From Naegleria gruberi (taxonomy: Eukaryota), in assembly GCA_000004985.1 (NCBI GenBank), contig GG739310.1: a stretch of 1,896 bases of DNA, one strand, 5' to 3'. Positions within the stretch are counted from its first letter, which is position 1; each line of letters starts with the position of its first letter. Below are positions 1-1,896 of this stretch, piece by piece. The notes beneath the pieces were generated by a model. The model worked only from the letters and a program-made list of their open reading frames with translations, had not been told where the DNA came from and searched no databases. A program made the translations under genes and the position numbers.

Positions 1-1
1 C

Positions 2-193
2 TTTGACTTCCCAAAGAACTCTGAAACCTATCTCCACAGAATCGGTAGATCTGGTAGATATGGTCACTTGGGTTTGGCAATTAACTTTGTTACCTATGAA
101 GACAGATTTAACTTGTACAAGATTGAACAAGAATTGGGTACTGAAATTAAGCCAATACCTCCAACTATTGACAAGAATTTGTATGTCGCTTAA
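2..193 (+). CDS. DHH1: 3' end (5'-truncated by the window edge) of a Dhh1/DDX6-family DEAD-box ATP-dependent RNA helicase, with stop TAA at 191..193
   Basis: Frame-2 translation: [63 protein letters not shown]. It contains DEAD-box motif VI (HRIGRSGR). It aligns nearly residue for residue with the C-terminal RecA2 region of S. cerevisiae Dhh1 as I remember it (...[51 protein letters not shown]...). Codon usage is typical of a well-expressed yeast gene (TTG, AGA, GGT, GAA, AAG). The frame runs to the window start and lacks an in-window start codon, which is why the ORF track does not list it. Confidence 0.88.
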   Translation, partial: FDFPKNSETYLHRIGRSGRYGHLGLAINFVTYEDRFNLYKIEQELGTEIKPIPPTIDKNLYVA

Positions 194-450
194 GCTGATT
201 TAATTTATTATCAAACAGCCCTAAGAGTTGTTTCTCTCAAAAGGAGACAATTTTCCTCCCACCAAATCTTTTCTCCCTCCAAATTTGTATTACATGGTTC
301 CTTTCTATAAGCTCTCAACGCCATAACCTAATCAATATTTCACTATTATTCAAACAGTGTCATATTTTGAACCATGTGAGTCTTAAATATCCGAGAGCTT
401 GGGCATTCTTTGCTCCTATTCATATTATTGGTGCTAATAAATGTTTCTTC
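194..450 (+). terminator. Presumed 3' UTR and polyadenylation region of the helicase gene. It is AT-rich, with TA-rich elements and an AATAAA at 436..441.
   Basis: It lies immediately downstream of the TAA stop. It is AT-rich with T-rich and TA-rich stretches (e.g. tttaatttattatc at 199..212, ctataag at 306..312) and an AATAAA hexamer at 436..441. Yeast 3'-end signals are degenerate, so the extent is a guess. Confidence 0.3.
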
Positions 451-718
451 ACCAAGTTTTTTATTATCTTATTCTCTTCATGAAAAACAATTCACTTTTG
501 CAGTAGAAATGAACAGTTTCTTGTGTACAGAATAGATTCATTTCATTCTTTAATTTGAAAATTATTTTTAAATTTCAATTACAAATATCAAATGCCTTTT
601 ATAACTACATAGAAAGAACCAGGTGGTAATATTAAGGGCAATCGTAATATTGTAAATAATATCAACGAATCCAATTTAACCTTCCAATTCACATCAAATT
701 AGAATCCAACAATTAAAC

Positions 719-736
719 AAAAAATCAAAAAAAAAA
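719..736. repeat. Homopolymeric A tract (caaaaaatcaaaaaaaaaa, A10 at 727..736) inside an AT-rich low-complexity stretch
   Basis: Read directly from the sequence. Poly(dA:dT) tracts of this kind are typical nucleosome-excluding elements in yeast intergenic DNA. Confidence 0.8.
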
Positions 737-1411
737 TTTATAATACCGATTATTATACACTACAATTTTTCGAATCTATTCAGATTCTCGACCAAACACT
801 CTTGTGATGGTGTACTTTTGGAGTGTGTATCGTAGGAACAAAGTTCATTCACAGCTTCGTCATTGGACGGGGACTTTTAGGAGTGGAGTTATCGCCTAGC
901 CTTTAAGTTGCATAGTTGGAAACTAACCAAGAGTTAGACCGTGACTAATGGAAACCATAGGGAAAGTAAACATCGCGAAATAATAGAAAATTAAATGGGG
1001 AAGCATCTGAAATATCTGTCAAGGATATCGAGAAGGTGATCCAATACCATCTCTTACGCTGCAATAAAATTCTTACGTAACGTTCTACAATATCTATTCT
1101 CTTTGATTATATTCTTATAAAATTTCCTTTCTGTTCATAATTAAATCATTACTCTCCACGCCTCGGTATCTTTACATTATTTTGCCCGTGCTAAACTAAA
1201 GAAACCTGCTTTAAATCTTTGACAGAAGATAGCTATATGTTATTCTACAGACAAGAATAAACAATACATAGTTTGAATCCATCTAAACCTCGATGCCGAA
1301 AGTTACGGCGATAGTTTAGCGCTGTGCTACTTGCATCTTGGTCAATCTAGAAAACCGCACAAACGTACTAGACGTTGAGGTATTTTTTTGAGGGACGCAT
1401 TATAAAAAAAA

Positions 1412-1636
1412 ATGCAACAAGAACCTCATTCTAGAATCATTGTTCGCTCAATGATGACATTCATCTTCCATTTCATAATGACAATATGTGTCGTCGTAGT
1501 ATCATTGATGTTGAATCAAAGTGGTGGTGTAAACGGAGCAGTGTATCAAGTGAGTGATGCGGTTACTTTGTGGAATACCTTTTCTAAACTACAGGCTGGT
1601 ATGTACAAGACTCATGACCTATTACATATTATTTAA
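1412..1636 (+). CDS. Hypothetical 74-aa ORF that would encode a small single-pass membrane protein, or exon 1 of a longer intron-containing gene
   Basis: Complete ATG..TAA ORF from the provided track. The ATG sits in an A-rich context (tataaaaaaaaATGc), favourable for yeast initiation. Residues ~14-34 (MMTFIFHFIMTICVVVVSLML) form a hydrophobic, TM-like segment. Codon usage is mixed: it has yeast-preferred AGA/TTG/GGT but also rare CGC/ATA/GTA/CTA/GCG/GGA. I recognise no homolog. Confidence 0.25.
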   Translation: MQQEPHSRIIVRSMMTFIFHFIMTICVVVVSLMLNQSGGVNGAVYQVSDAVTLWNTFSKLQAGMYKTHDLLHII

Positions 1637-1869
1637 CATGGAATATGCTTGATGATCGGTTATTATTATGGTTGGTTTGTTTCACATATTGTGTGGCGCT
1701 TGTAATCTTTGTTACTTACATGATTTGCATAATATCCATGATTGTGTATTTAAATTTGACTGTGCTCCACATGTTTGGCCAACTTGACAATACTGTTGTG
1801 TGAAATTGTGTGTGTGAAATGGATGGGTTGTTTGGTGTTTTGATGCTTTTGGTGTTGGTTTTTTTGCAG
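1599..1869 (+). other. Candidate spliceosomal intron: 5'SS GTATGT at 1599..1604, T-run plus CAG 3'SS at 1858..1869. No canonical TACTAAC branch site.
   Basis: GTATGT at 1599..1604 matches the yeast 5' splice-site consensus exactly. tttttttgCAG ends at 1869. Splicing 1598|1870 keeps the 1412 ORF in frame (phase 1: g + gt = Gly), giving ...LQAG-DEMVIRQG... to the window end. The same downstream frame contains an ATG at 1878, so a 5'-UTR-intron reading is also possible. Against it: no TACTAAC or CTAAC in 1605..1865. The nearest candidates are only weak matches (tacttac ~1714, cttgaca ~1783). Confidence 0.2.
1795..1865. repeat. G/T-rich low-complexity tract with short imperfect repeats (gtgtgaaat twice, (tg)4-5, ttggtgtt twice, terminal T7-8)
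   Basis: Read directly: tgttgtgtgaaattgtgtgtgtgaaatggatgggttgtttggtgttttgatgcttttggtgttggtttttttg. On the minus strand this is C/A-rich, like many yeast 5' leaders. Confidence 0.6.
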
Positions 1870-1896
1870 GTGATGAAATGGTTATTAGACAAGGAA

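Noticed and set aside
181-186. GTATGT, an exact yeast 5' splice-site consensus, at the end of the helicase CDS
   Set aside because: These bases are TAT-GTC, encoding the Tyr-Val of the conserved Dhh1/DDX6 ...SLYVA motif, followed directly by Ala and stop. The hexamer is a by-product of coding conserved residues. There is no downstream branch site or tail-like exon.
3-203. Track ORF of 66 aa on + ([36 protein letters not shown]...)
   Set aside because: It lies in frame 3 and completely overlaps frame 2, which encodes an unmistakable DEAD-box helicase C-terminus with motif VI (HRIGRSGR). The frame-3 product has no recognisable features. It is a wrong-frame artefact that appears only because the true frame lacks an in-window ATG.
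217-224. AGCCCTAA, which matches the Tbf1 ARCCCTAA motif, just 3' of the helicase stop
   Set aside because: A single 8-mer with roughly 0.1 chance occurrences expected at this length and AT content. It sits in a 3' UTR rather than a promoter, and no partner motifs are nearby.
866-880. Minus-strand AAAAGUCCCCG, a 10-nt match to the RNase MRP/P CR-I core (GAAAGUCCCCGGGC) as I remember it
   Set aside because: After the match it continues UCCAAUG rather than GGGC. No complementary P4 partner (plus-strand gtcccc/atcccc) exists at lower plus-strand coordinates, which is downstream on the minus strand, in the window. The plus-strand GGGAAAGU at 960..967 also fails to continue as CCGGGCUC. I treat both as chance matches.
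1294-1306. CCGAAAGTTA, identical to part of S. cerevisiae CEN3 CDEIII, plus a CDEI-like CATGTGA at 374..380
   Set aside because: The flanks lack the conserved TG...TG...TT context of CDEIII. There is no CDEII of more than 90% AT and ~80 bp next to it. The CDEI-like site is 900 bp away and imperfect. This is not a point centromere.
1250-1340. tRNA-like fragments (gtttgaatcc resembling a T-loop; gcgatagtttagcgc resembling a D-arm)
   Set aside because: I could not assemble an acceptor stem, anticodon arm and T-arm with correct spacing on either strand. The T-loop lacks GGTTC and the D-loop lacks the GG.
1646-1656. cUUGAUGAUCGg, identical to the human U3 snoRNA box C neighbourhood, with further UGAUGA-like strings at 1452 and 1871
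   Set aside because: No box D (CUGA) with a terminal stem at the right spacing, and no box A or C' context. The UGAUGA strings lie inside or beside the putative coding ORF. This is not a C/D snoRNA.
1795-1865. TG-rich tract as internal telomere-like (TG1-3 or GGTGT-ending) repeats
   Set aside because: There is no tandem unit of consistent length. I see only two copies each of short 8-9-mers, not a telomeric array.

Overview
This window looks like AT-rich nuclear DNA from a budding yeast (Saccharomycotina-like codon usage: TTG, AGA, GGT, GAA), not a prokaryotic locus. One feature is well supported: the last 63 codons plus stop of a Dhh1/DDX6-family DEAD-box RNA helicase gene on the + strand (2..193, frame 2). 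The supplied ORF track misses this frame and reports an overlapping wrong-frame ORF (3..203) instead. Downstream is about 1.2 kb of ORF-poor, AT-rich sequence (194..1411). It holds homopolymer tracts, a few short hairpins and palindromes, and an island around 780..1080 that is visibly less AT-rich. I could not match any of it to a tRNA, snRNA, RNase P/MRP RNA, point centromere or LTR. The 3' part has a 74-aa ORF (1412..1636) with one predicted transmembrane helix and an A-rich start context. Inside it sits a GTATGT (1599..1604), and about 270 nt further on a T-run plus CAG (1858..1869) that would splice in frame to an ATG-containing stretch at the window edge. This is a candidate yeast intron, but it lacks a canonical TACTAAC branch site and stays speculative. 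I see no evidence of a defence system, CRISPR array, operon or mobile element. Beyond the helicase 3' end, the window looks like an ordinary yeast intergenic/promoter region, and everything else here is low to moderate confidence.
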